DNA from: Yuukianura sp. NJ FZ-2021 | Taxonomy: Eukaryota | Assembly (NCBI GenBank): GCA_046563655.1 | Contig: CM102290.1 | Location: 6,882,001 to 6,946,000 of the forward strand | Direction of reading: 5' to 3' | Length of the DNA: 64,000 bases | Shown here: in pieces, positions 38,469 through 51,000 of the stretch | Position numbering within the stretch: position 1 is the stretch's first letter | How the letters are laid out: every line of letters starts with the position of its first letter | Made by a program: the position numbers and the translations under genes | Notes under the pieces: generated by a model | The model's input: the letters and a program-made list of their open reading frames with translations, nothing else | Databases searched by the model: none | Told to the model about the DNA's origin: nothing

Positions 38469-41400
38469 TCATGGTGCAGTGACATTGTTACTGGTAATGT
38501 TGTCACAAGGTTCTGAAACATTGTTATGTAACAACTCCGTTGATGCCTTTGCGTTTTCTGTCATATTCACATGTACGTTCTCCAATGGAATGTTGGAACG
38601 CTCCACCCCCTAAAAAAATTGTTTTCATTTTAGAATCAAACTTGAATAAATTTGGCTTTAGAATGCTTACGCTCATAGCCCTAGTTGTTTGCCAGTACAT
38701 AAAGTAGAGAGGGATTGCCAACATTGATGATAGAGCGAGCAACCATCCCACAATTTGCGCCCAAAGTGGGTAAACGTAAATCTAAGAATAAGTATTTAAA
38801 AAAAAATTATTCCATTATGTTTGAAATGTTCAAAAGGTTTTACATAATATTTTTTAGCCATACAACTATAAGATTACCTTGTTATAGGTCAGCGGTTCGT
38901 AGTTGACAAAGTAGCTGACTAAGATGGACATGGTAAGAAGCGGCGTCAGATATGACCAACAAATTGGAAGCCAGTACCTCCAGAACGGATTCAGATGGTA
39001 TCCCAGCATCGTCTTGATATCGAACATCCACTGACCAATTCCAGGACTAACCCATGCTACAGCTAGACACTCGAAGAAGCAAACCCACAGAAGACACATT
39101 CCACTGGCAGAGTAGTAGTCGAAGAGTTGGAACACGAACATTCCACCCTGCGTTTAAAAAAAAGGAGTTCAAGCAAATCTTCAATACTTATATTTCAAGA
39201 AATAGAGAATTTTGTAATGTCGGGCAAGCGTTTATGTACATTGGTGACCATGGTTAATCCAATTAGGTATGACACGCCCGTAACAATGGCGACAAAGATT
39301 TGTCTCCGGTAGCCAACCCGAAGGTATCCGGGTACCACATCCACCACAGCAGTAACAAACCTATAACAATATTTTTTGTACCAACGTATTCCTTTCTTTT
39401 TAATGTAGATTTACGCACCCTTCAACCCCAACAAACTGAGATCCAATTCCCAACATTATGATCATGAGAAAGAAGCAAACGGAAAATATTCCTTGGGAAA
39501 GTGCTCCGCCCATCTGAAACATATAAAGACACATTGTGGTTGCACTTAATATTATTTATTTATTTTTATTGCATTTATTGTAGTTTTTATAAACTTACCT
39601 GAGCAATTGCTTTTGGGTAGGCAATAAACGCTAGCCCAGGTCCTTTCTCCGCCACTTCAGAAATTGGAATTCCTTGGTCATGCGCCATGAACCCAAGGAC
39701 AGAAAAAATAACGAATCCCGCATATAGTGATGTCCCACTGTTGCAGAATGCCAACAAAGTGCAGTCTTTGAGGAAGTCGTGGTGAAACTCATTATAGGAA
39801 CCCAGGGCTATCAAATAAAACCAAGGAAATAATTATTTCGAATTATAAATTTTCAAATGTTAGTATAAGAAACAGCAAAACATTTTTTTTTAAATCGAAA
39901 ATCATGCTGTGTTTAATACATACCCGTCATAGTCCCGAGAGCTATTGCATAACTGCAATTGAATTTCATTTGAGATTTCAGAAAAATGCTCCAATTTAGA
40001 AAATTGAATTTTAGTACCTGAAGAAAATTTGAGTCCCAGCATCGATCCATACCTGTGGAACACAAATAATTTCCCAAAATTCAAAATCCAGCACTTTCCT
40101 ATTAAAGGGCAACTAGGGCTTACTTGACCGCTTGTTAATTTAGAAAAGTCTGGTAGGAGGTAGAACTTGATTCCTTCCTGAATTTAGAAAAGTTCAATAA
40201 TGCGCATGACATAACCTCTACTGATGTTGTAAAATTTACTTTTGCAGAGTCAAGGTTTAACTCACTGTTCCAGTAACTTACCATTGCACCATCCAAGGTC
40301 ACACCTCGAATCAGTAGAATCGTCATCATCAAGTACGGGAAAGTGGCTACATACAAAAAAGTGCCAGGATGTAAGTAATCAAGCACTAAAAACTTTCCTA
40401 GAAACAAACATCACTTGAGGTAAATTTTTTGAAATTGACAAACCCGTAAAATAGACAACTTTCCCACTCGTTTTAATTCCTTTGAAGATGCAAAAGTAGC
40501 AAATTATCCATGCTAGCAGCAGAGTTCCAGCAAGTTCCCAACGAATGGATCCTATTTCAGAAATCCCTTTACTAATTCCAAGAACGCGATTTCTGAAATT
40601 AAAAAAAAAGTAGTTAAATTTTCGAATTACGGCATAATATGAAACGAAAATTAAATTTACTCCCAGTATTCAACAACAGCGTCCTTTCCAGTAGTGTTAA
40701 GTCCATCTTTCAGCATTGATGGATCGTAACACGTTTTCGTGTTCCAAGAATGTCCGCAATGAGCCCATGGTAATTCTGAACCCATTGAGGAAAACAAATA
40801 GTGAATCTGAAATTTCAATTCAGAGATCAAAGGTCACGATCAGGCTATTTCTCATAAATTCAATAAAAATCAAATGGTTTTCGGCTTACCGCCCAGGATA
40901 TAATAACAATGTAGTAGCAATTGAGCAGAAATGCAATTATTGCTGACGAGTAACCAATTCCTGCAAAAAATTTGAAGATTCTAAAATAAAACGTTACCAC
41001 TATAGCTTTAATTATTGAATATTTATTAAGTAGCTTTAGCTACTTTATAAATGTGTTTTTGTCCGTCATCACGTTTTCCGTCTTGTCCCCATAAGGAAAG
41101 CCGGTCCGTCATCGCGTTTTCCGTCTTGGCATAGCAGAAAGCATTGTCATTGCGTTTTCCGTCTTGGCATAGCAGAAAGCATTGTCATTGCGTTTTCCGT
41201 CTTGCCCCGTAAGAAAAGCCTGTCCGTCATCGCGTTTTCCGTCTTGGCATAGGGAACACCATTGAAAAAAGGTGAAAATATCCGCACAATTATCTCGGAA
41301 ACTACTGGATCGATTTCGTTCCGGTTTTCACCATTTAACAGCTAATGACCCGGGTGAGATCAAGTTTGCAAAATCATTCCCGTCAGTGACCTCATTCCGG

Positions 41401-43169
41401 GTCAAAATCGATCTCAAAGTTCACGTGAATTGTTAGATGGAGGAAGTGTGGGTATAAAAAACTCTGCTTGTGGGACTGGAAAGGTAAATGGCATGGGGGT
41501 TGGTTTTCTGCTTAGCAAAAAATGTACTACGCAGCAGTTCACCAACACACCCATGCACTGTCCAGTGCCCATTCCTTCTGTTGTTGCTTTATCCATATCC
41601 TACCTCTTCACATCTCTGCTTGACCTCACCCCCATTTGCATCGGGGGGGGGGGGTGAGAAAGTGGGGAAAACACTGCCGCACTCCCCCTCGGGTGGCGGG
41701 AAAGTGGGCGAAACACCCCCACTCCCCCGGGAGGGGGGTGCGGGAAACTGGGGGGACCCGCACCCGCCCCCACTTCCACTGGGGCCTGATTAGTCCTGTT
41801 TGTTTAAAAAAAACACCTAAACGCTAAAGCTACTTTTTTATGTGCGGTTTACAACCGGTTTATTTGTTATCTACTTATATAAAATCGAGACCCTGTTTAT
41901 CTGTGTGTGTGTGTGTGTGTGTGTCTGTTCCTCTACTCCTCCGGAACTACTGAACCGATTTGGACAAATGAGGTGTCCTTTTCTTCGTGAGGTCACCCCG
42001 AAGAGCGTAGGCTATGTCACATCTTGACCTGTGACCTTTGACCCTTGACCTAGCGCGATGACCTTACAAAATCGTACCAAACACAGGCAAGTGACGTGTC
42101 ATTCGAAAGCAGAGGTCAAGTGCAGTCCGCTTATGTATGGCATATTGACCTGTGACCTTTGACCCTTGACCCAGAGAGGTGACCTCACAAAATTATGCGG
42201 AACATAGGCATGTGATATATCATTCGAAAGCAGGGATGAAATGCAGACGATTGATGTATCACATATTCACCTTTGACCCTTGACCCAGAGAATTGACCTC
42301 ACATAAAAATTAAACCAAATATAGGCACGTGATATATCATTCGAAAGCAGAGATGAAATGCATACGATTGATGTATCAGATACCTGTGACATTTGACCCT
42401 AGACCGTCGGAAACATGGAAATAACATATTTTAAATTTATGTGGAAGTCAATGCAGGTGAATTCAGGCCCTAAATTTCCGTATAAGTAGAAATTCTACAG
42501 TAAATTGTTTCTACATATAAAACATTAATTGGGTGGACGGGTAGTTTTAGGGATTTCCGCCTGGGCAACGGGTAGGGTATGATATTTTCATAAAGATAGT
42601 CCAAGTGGGTCGGCATGTATCTCAAATCGGTAGCGGGTTCCCAAAAGTGATACCTTTTTCTATGTGTGTTCGTATACACTACCACAAAAGCTAGCCCCGC
42701 TTTCACAAGCGGGTATCATACCTTGTCGATAAATGAAATTAACTAAAACAATTTTCTGAATGTTTTTTTTAAATTTTACCTTTAAATATTTTGCAAACTT
42801 TCCACACTGTGATGCCACCTTGGCTGGTAAACTGTCCTAAAAATGAAATCCAGATTTAAAAAAATGTTGATTTGTAACGCCTTTTTTCGTTTGTTACCGA
42901 GTGCTACTTCTAAAATAAAAACTGGAATTCCGCCACATATTAAACAAATGAAGTAGGGAACAAGGAAAGCTCCTCCGCCATTTTTGTAGCAAAGATATGG
43001 AAACCGCCAAACGTTCCCTACAAACAGTAAATTCAATTAGCTGCGGCGTAATTTCCAATTTGAAAATCTTACCAAGTCCAATGCAGAACGCCATTGATGA
43101 GAAAATAAATTCGAGCTTATTGCTCCATTTCTCGCGTTCATGAAACTTTTGCCCACTTTCCTGAATCAT
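38469..43169 (-). CDS. SLC6 sodium- and chloride-dependent transporter, GABA/taurine/creatine subfamily, multi-exon
   Basis: [118 protein letters not shown]. Includes several very short exons. Confidence 0.93.
41028..41866 (+). mobile_element. DINE-1/HINE-like (Helentron-associated) non-autonomous element
   Basis: 5' palindrome AAGTAGCTTTAGCTACTT with subterminal inverted copy GCTAAAGCTACTT near the 3' end; 3' stem-loop CGGTTTACAACCG plus T-run; internal tandem repeats (CGTTTTCCGTCTTG), the ATCTCGGAAACTACT core and a G-rich block. Confidence 0.75.
41870..42725 (+). mobile_element. Non-autonomous Helitron with (GT)n and ~110-120-bp tandem repeats
   Basis: A|TC start (TCTACTTATATAAAA), (GT)n, and a 3' hairpin CCCGCT-TTCACA-AGCGGG about 12 nt before CTTG|T. 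No TSD. Confidence 0.75.
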
Positions 43170-44784
43170 TGTGCTTAAATTCAAATCGGACTTAACTAAA
43201 AGATTTTTCCAAACAATTGATTATTTTGAAGCACTTGACTATGGATGCAGGAAAGACGAAGTTGTAACTGAAGCTTTCGATGAAGAACAAGAACACGAGC
43301 AACTGAAGGGCGGGGTTGAAAAATGTTTAGTTCGGCACTTAGAATTGCAATTGAAAAAACAATTAATAATGGTTAGGACGAACTGTCTACAGACATGGTA
43401 AAAGGGTGACAGGATCAGAATCAGTTATATGGTCAGTTTCTGCTGCATGTACTTGGAAGTCACATCACGTCCTGGAGTTCCAGTTCTCGTTCCGTGTTCA
43501 TTGTCATTGCTAATCCTAAAAATTTTGCACGAGGGTGGAAACTTCTTCGTTGTCCAATCTATGGACAGAATAATTTGAGGAACAGGACACATATTATTGA
43601 CGTACTTAAGCTTGGATCAACATTGCTCTACGGTGATGCTCTTGGAGGCAGTTGAAGTACGGCTTGGATACACATCAACCCTATCATCATCCCCCATCTT
43701 GTCAAAGCTACAATTGCCCCTAATTGCTGCTCCTCGAGCTAAGTAGGATTGATTAAGCAATTGACTCTGCAGTTTGTTCAAAAGATACTCCAAAGGTTGA
43801 AAATGCTTCTGCAAATATATTAACTTAATTCCTGGAGCCTCGTGTTCCAAAAAAATTTCTGGAAGTTTGACTTTACCCCACTATGCGTTCTGTTTTTTGT
43901 TAAACTAAAGAAGAACAATTGACCTAAACTAATCTTCTCATCCGTTATGTCGCTTCCTTAATCTAACTATGTAACTTTCAAGGTTTTCAACTAAACTATC
44001 GATTCTGCCACAGTAATTCACTATATAGATTTTTTTTTCAGTTTCTCCCCAGTGCTATAGTTTTTCCACAATTTCTAAAAATAGCTGTGCGCAAACAACA
44101 TGGAAAAATACTACAGCAGAGGCTCTCAAATTGCAACACGCTGTGATTGGTGGGTTTGATTCGGGCGTACGGTAAAGCTGTTCTCTACTGGGCCTCCGAG
44201 GCGAGATGTTGAACCAGCAAAATTGAAAAATTGATTAGCTTTTAGGTTTTGCTCTCGGCAATAACTTAGGTTTTTACGGTGTGCAAAGCACGGAGTTGCA
44301 GGAATTGCGACAATCCTGATGCCGTAACTATGGCTTGAGGTAGAACAAAATCATAAATACTACAAAACTCTTCTTTCCGAGTGCAAACGTTTGCGTAACT
44401 CAAAAAATTTCCCCTGCAAACAGCTTCAAATAGAACAATATCGCATTACACGCGCACATTATGTTAGGCAAATATCGGATTTTGCCACTATATTTACCAG
44501 AGTTACCTTTGTTGTGAAAATACATGGTAGTTACGATACAGTAGTTCAGTTACATAATACAATTATTATACAAGTGAAAAATTATTTTTTGAGCTAACTT
44601 TTCCAAATATTTTTTTAAATGCATTAGAAGATTTCAGGTAACATAAACCCACTTAAATACATAAATGAATAAAAAGTTAAGATTTGAAGTTATTTATGTA
44701 ATGGGATGCCCAATTGTGTCCATACTAGCGTGTGAACCGTGTGTAGTGTGGTATTTTGTCCAGGAATTTTCAAGGACATTTTGG

Positions 44785-45324
44785 GGTCGAAGTAAACTTG
44801 GGCCCCCCGCCTGTCCCCACCCGTTCAAATCTTCGCGCTGCTTCAATTGTCCCCACCCATTGTACCCACCTGGTGGGGACAAATGTCCCCACTTGGTGGG
44901 GGCAAATGTGTACCCACCAGCCCTACACCGAGTCCCCCTGGCGTCTGAAGTGGAACTAGTGGAACTTCGAGCTGGCAACGTTGTAGCATTTCTCCATTGT
45001 ACCCACCCAGGGCAGATTTAATCAACATAGCGAAACACAATAACTTATAACTTACAGACGTAATCAGTATTGCGTGCTTAACCAAACCTAACGCCGCGCC
45101 TTCGGCGCGGGAAAATATAACAGGATTAACCTAATCAAAAAGGGAAAAAAACGTTGCCAGCTTGAATTCAGAGGTTACTGTATTGCCGCTAGGTGGACGT
45201 GCCGCTTTTGATTGTGGTGGGGACAAATGCATCCATCCGGTGGGGACACTGGGTGGGTACAATGGGAGCAGCGCGAAAATTTGAACGGGTGGGGACAGGC
45301 GGGGGGCCCAAGTTTACTTCAACC
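44785..45324. mobile_element. Palindromic MITE with GGT..ACC termini and 8-bp TSD (Merlin-like)
   Basis: TIR GGT(C/T)GAAGTAAACTTGGGCCCCCCGCCTGTCCCCACCCGTTCAAAT, TSD CATTTTGG on both sides, central hairpin at 45094-45110. Confidence 0.9.
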
Positions 45325-45497
45325 CATTTTGGGTGCTAATTTGTGTATGCTGGCTTTTAATTGCGTAAGCTTTTTTGTAACTTTGATTAATTGCTTTTCC
45401 AATTCCAGGTTGTAAGTAGTCTGCGATTACGAGTTGAAGTTTTTCAGTTAATCTGAATTCAAATCCCCTTCACATTATTTTCTCACCAGTAGAAGAG

Positions 45498-48318
45498 ATG
45501 TCGGATTCGAAGCTAAGACGTAAGGAAAACTTATAATTCAGTCTAACATTATTCACGGCAAATCACCGCAACACTTGGTTGGAGAGTAGCAATGGGGTCC
45601 GTTTTTCTTTTAGTGTGAGTTAGGTTATCAAATCAGGACACAGTGCACCTTCAACACCTAACCTAACCTAACTCAGGGACTGTGCACTGTGTCCTGATTT
45701 GATAAACATAGCTCACACTAAAAGAAAAACGGACCCCTTTGCTACTCTCCAACCCAACACTTAACATTATTACATTGGGTATTACTGACTACGAATTACT
45801 AATTGGGCTGGTTGGCAAGATGTGACTTTCACTTTTTAAGTTTGTTTTCTTCCATTATGCTGGATGACCCGAACTTGTACTTGAACAATATATTCAGTAC
45901 GATAAATTACGTTCGTGTAGATTCAGTATGTATTATGTATTTGAAGTGTACTATCGTGTACTAGTACCGATTTTTCTCAAAAAATTTTTGTAGAGGCCAT
46001 ATGGACCCCTGATCACGAAAATACAATTTTTTTTGAGGGGTCTCAAAAAAAAAATATTTTTTCGAAATTTTGAAAAAAAAATTTCGAAATTTTTTCTTGT
46101 GTCCGATTTTGCTCAAAATGAGTTTTTAGACTAATTCATGTATGGCAAACACGAATATGAAAGAATTTTTGTCCTAGGATGTAAGACAAAAAAGTTAGCG
46201 GTGCTGATATGATTTGACTCAATAAAGGTTTTGTGTTTCCCGCGCCGAAGGCGCGGTGTTAGGTTTTTAAAAGTTCGCAAAGCTGATTTCGTCTCGAGGT
46301 TAGGTTTTCTAAAGTTCGCTATACTGACTCCGTCTCGAGGTTAGGTTTCTTAAAGTTAAGGTTGTATTTGCGTCATATTCCGTTCAATTTTTCTTCCACT
46401 AACTTTTTTGTCTTACATCCTAGGGCAAAAATACTTTCATATTCGTGTTTACCATACATTAATTACTCTAAAAAATCATTTTGAGCGAAATCGGACACAA
46501 AAAAAAATTTCGAATTTTTTTTTCAAAATTTCGAAAAAAATATTTTTTTTTTGAGACCCCTCAAAAAAAATTGTATTTTCGTGATCAGGGGTCCATAGAG
46601 TGTTCACAGAAAAAATATGAAAAAAATCGGTGCTAGTACACGATAGTAAAATTTTTCCCAGTTATGTATTTGAAGATAAATGTTTGCTTCGGTTTTTTTT
46701 AGATACCCATTCCCAAGATGATGGGTACAAGCTGGAACCGGTCAGTCCATCCGAAAAGGAGCATTTTCCGTTCTCTAGATGTAGTAGCACTGGGTCACTG
46801 AACACTCCGTCCTCCTCTGCTCATAACACTGGTGAGAACTGTTATAGGTTATAAATTTTAAGGCGATTTGAAAAGAAGTCAGCAGATCTTCAGCAAATTG
46901 ATGCTGGTGATTAATGACTTTTGAATTAATTGCGGAAATAACGTCATTTTTTAAGGCGTAGCTGAATGAGTTGGAAGTATATTTACCGTCAACAACCTGA
47001 AAGTGTTTCCCTACATTGATGGCCGGGCCATGGGTAACGTGAACTAGTTGGTTATTCGGTTTTAGTTCGGGGTTAAAATACAATTTGACACTCGGCAAAT
47101 TTTATTTCCAGCCAATCGTAGATATTTTATCATTAAGAGCGATTGTCAAAGCTTCATTCTTTCGTATTTGGTATTGCTAGTTTTACCATGTAGATACTAA
47201 ACTTATTTCATCTGTTCTTTCGTGATTTTCTAGATGACGAAGATTCTGACGGAGGAAAGTCGAGCATGAGTTACAAAGAACGAAGACGTGAGGCACATAC
47301 ACAAGCCGAACAGAAAAGAAGAGACGCAATCAAGAAGGGCTATGATTCGCTGCAGGATCTTGTTCCCATGTGTCAACAGAACGACTCTTTAAGTGGATAT
47401 AAGCTTAGCAAAGCCACAATTTTGCAAAAGTCAATCGATTACATCCAAGTAAGTACTGAAGAAGGTTTTTGGGCAGACAACCTTGAAGGTTACGCTGAAC
47501 ATCATCGCTTAAGTTTTTTTTGTTGCTTCCTTTATTAAATACAGTTGTTTTAGACCACACGTCTTATTTTGACAGTGTATTGCTGGGTTGTTGGGAGATT
47601 TTTTTTTACTGCTGATACGATTTTTAGGTTTCATTTGGTTTGCTTTTAGTATTTGCTGCAGCAGAAAAAGAAGCAAGAAGATGAACTTGCAGCCCTTCGA
47701 AAGGAAGTAGTCGCCCTTCAGATTATGAAAGTCAACTATGAGCAAATTGTAAAGGCACATCAAAGTCAACAACCAGGAAACGCCTCACTTCAAGTGTCAG
47801 ATGAAGTCAAGTTTCAAGTGGTAAGTGCTGATCTGTTTATCACCCCTACAACATCCGACGTTTAGCGTGACACACCACGATACTAGAAAATGGCGTAGTT
47901 GTTTATTAGATTCCGACGGGATTCTGTATCTTTACATTCTACAATAGACAGCTAATACATAATGTGATTAATTGATTATGACAAACGTGGGACAAATTGT
48001 ACTTGGCAACGAATTGGTAACTTGAAACACTAAAATCTTTCAACTGACATGTTTTAGTTCCAGGCGATAATGGATACATTGTTCGTTTCTTTCGACGCCG
48101 GATTGAGCGTATCTAATTTCACAGAGTTGTCGGCCGGCGTCTTCAGCTGGTTAGAAGAGCACTGTAAACCGCAGGTAATTTAACGCTTAACATAACAAAA
48201 CCTTATACAATTCATGTTTTTACTCCTTATTTTAACCAACGATATTTGTCACTTGCAGACTCTCCGTAACATGGTGATTTCAATTCTGCAGCAGTTGAAA
48301 AGTCAAATGGGAATTTGA
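45498..48318 (+). CDS. Mlx: Max-like protein X (Mlx/bigmax), bHLH-ZIP, multi-exon
   Basis: KLEPVSP, SYKERRREAHTQAEQKRRDAIKKGYDSLQDLVP, KLSKATILQKSIDYIQ, LRKEVVALQIMKVNYEQIV, VSDEVKFQVFQAIMDTLF, FSWLEEHCKPQTLR. Confidence 0.95.
45577..45754. mobile_element. 178-bp palindromic MITE with 8-bp TSD and a (CCTAA)n loop, in Mlx intron 1
   Basis: About 73-bp inverted arms starting GGTTGGAGAGTAGCAA, TSD CAACACTT, loop ACCTAACCTAACCTAAC. Confidence 0.92.
45951..46646. mobile_element. 696-bp palindromic MITE with TA TSD, in Mlx intron 1
   Basis: TA|CTATCGTGTACTAG...CTAGTACACGATAG|TA with about 245-bp inverted arms. The centre holds the CCGCGCC-GAA-GGCGCGG hairpin and repeated GTTAGGTTT. Confidence 0.9.
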
Positions 48319-49075
48319 TTGTTCCACTATTAGTACTAACTCCCCAAAGGTCAATAGACCGTGCTACAACTCCCTCGTCTCGAAACTGGAAAACTGAAAC
48401 GGAAATTAATACTATATACACTTTAGTTTTGTAATCGAAAAATAAATTAGTTTTGCAAAATCCTTATCTGTTACGGATCACTTTATCTGCCATACTAAAG
48501 CAAGAACTGGAAAAGTTAAGCTCGAATCGTTCTTGTTAGGAACGAAAATTGATGAATAATGTGACATGGTGAAAGTACGGATTCCAAAAATATCCAAAAG
48601 CAAATATTTCTTGCAATTTAAATTCAAACTCCATGTTAACTATAGCAGTCAAACATTCATTAGTTAATATTTTTTTACTTGTTTTTTGCTAAGTTTTGCT
48701 CGAGACAAAGGAGCGACGCTTGAATCAATGGTTGCCCTTGAATATAAAAAGTGGCGGATGAATTTAGATTCTAAACATCAGTGGTGTTCTAAACTCTAAC
48801 TATGTTGTGATTATTTTATACAATCATATTAATATTATGTTATATTACAATTACGTTAATATTACGTTACACAGTTTTATTGATATTATGTTGTAACAAC
48901 TATTCTTTAATTGAAGTGGGGAGTTATAGTATTAATGTACATTTTTTAATGAGGGATCTGCGGAAATCTTCGACAATGTTGAGAGCGTTCTTAACAAACA
49001 CCTACTACCCTAGTTTGGTACTTAAAAAATTGTTCCGGTGACCTTCATCAACCTTGTTACATGTCGTCAAGTCGT

Positions 49076-49360
49076 TTAAGACGGTGACCTTTCGATCGTA
49101 ATGGTGTCGAGGCGGGTGAGGTCACATGACGTATGCTGAGTGGTCGTACTGCGAAGATGATTATGCTGGGAGGACTTGGATCGTCCAAAGTCTGGGCAGC
49201 AGAGGCGTCGTAGGACGCATGCGTAGCACAGAAGCAGAATGAAGACGAGTCCTGTACCGAAGACGACAATTGCAATTAGGGCTGCTGTCACTGTTTGTTC
49301 TTGAGCTCGTGTGTCACCAAAGTTTGATGGCGGGGAGCCACCACCCCCTATTGACCCCAT
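49076..49360 (-). CDS. Small (94 aa) single-pass membrane protein with a juxtamembrane Cys cluster
   Basis: MGSIG...TAALIAIVVFGTGLVFILLLCYACVLRRLCC.. shows a hydrophobic helix followed by basic and Cys residues. The ORF is GC-richer than its flanks and has an AG acceptor about 45 nt upstream. Confidence 0.5.
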   Translation of the reverse strand: MGSIGGGGSPPSNFGDTRAQEQTVTAALIAIVVFGTGLVFILLLCYACVLRRLCCPDFGRSKSSQHNHLRSTTTQHTSCDLTRLDTITIERSPS

Positions 49361-50522
49361 GTCTCCACGCTATTTTGTTGTCACTTGATCCGCTCCAAAG
49401 ATTCTAATTAAATAAGCATATCTTTAGTTTGAAACAATATTATCAACGTATGTTTCCTTTTCCTTATTTTTGAATTTTTTCCATAAACTACTGGCTAGAC
49501 ATTTCCTAAATTCACAAGAAACTTTTAATTCAATGTAACAAATAGCAAATCTTTCTGTTGATTTGTCGTATGAATACGTAGCAAATAACGCATGTGAATT
49601 CTATACTTATTTGGTACAGATGGCGTAAACCGTGAACATTCCATGAATGCAAATTTAAAACGAAAAATGAAATCTCATGCTGTTTTACGCCTTGCCATAT
49701 CCTCTCTTCCAAACAATAGGAGATGACACAAGGACGACATGAAGAGACGTTGACTCCAAACTTTCTCTTTTGTCAAAATATGGAAATGTCTACCGAGAAA
49801 AGTTTTTGGGACAGATCCTTGTCAGTGTCACTGTGAGCCTTTTTTAGAAACTGATCAATAACTACTATATTCCACAAACAATGCATCATCATTTTTCCAG
49901 CGCCATCCAGCTTCACTTTCTCCCAGCATTCCCGCCCCCTAAACACGGAGAACTCATTTTGTCACCTCGTTAGTTTCAAAACTTGGAACTTGAAGCCCCT
50001 AGGGAGAGGAGCTTGTTCCAAGTCAACATATTATAATCTTCGTTAAAGAGTGTTATAAAAATTTATTATCAAAATTTTATTAAAATTTGACTGTTTTTCA
50101 TTTAATTTCTGTACGAAAATGTATTTGTTGGTTCCTAGTTTTTTAATAACTCCGCTTTGGGCTCCAGCGTTTGCCCCCAGGGGGTGGGGTATGACGGTCT
50201 TTATACCGGATTTCTTCTAGGTACAACTAGGTCATTAATTTCAGTTTAGAATTTTGCTTTGTAAGCTGTCTTTTTCCTAGGAGAAAATCTTTGTTATAGA
50301 AACAAAGGAACCTCAACGTCTTCGCCTTAGGAAATCTTCTAACTAATCATTTTTTCCCCTAAATTCGAATTTGAGGAATGCTAACAAAGGTGAATGATTA
50401 TAAAATTCGACTTCGGTAAAAAGTTCAATTCGTCTTTCGTCTACTCGAGCTATGCAGTAATCCCTTTCAGTTGCATTTTCTTTTCGATTCGTTCAATTCT
50501 GCACCTTCTTCAGAGCTACCTA

Positions 50523-51000
50523 CGAAGCACGGCAATACATCAAAAAAAAGACATCAACTGAAGAGACATCAACCAGAAAGACATCAACAATGCAAACACA
50601 TCAACTATAAAAACACATCAACCCAAAAGACATCAACACAAAAGACATCAACAATGCAAACACATCAACAATGAAAAGACATCAACGTGTGGCTAGCTTA
50701 GCCTGCGGTACCGCGCCGAAGGCGCGGCGTTAGGTTTGGTAAAGCACACCATAGGGATTACGTCTGTAGGTTGGATTGTCTAAGTCTGGCTTATTACATT
50801 TTCAAAATTTCAAAAAAAAATCCTTATTTCTTTTCTGTTGATGTCTTTTGTTTTGATGTCTTTTCATTGTTGATGTGTTTGCATTGTTGATGTCTTTTGG
50901 GTTGATGTGTTTTTATAGTTGATGTGTTTGCGTTGTTGATGTCTTTTGTGTTGATGTCTTTTCAGTTGATGTCTTTTTTTTTATGTATTGGCATGGACCC
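50523..51000. mobile_element. Foldback MITE with GACATCAAC-repeat arms, asymmetric ends and 8-bp TSD (MULE-like)
   Basis: TSD GCTACCTA on both sides, ends CGAAGCACGGCAAT / ATTGGCATGGACCC, central hairpin at 50711-50727. Confidence 0.9.
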
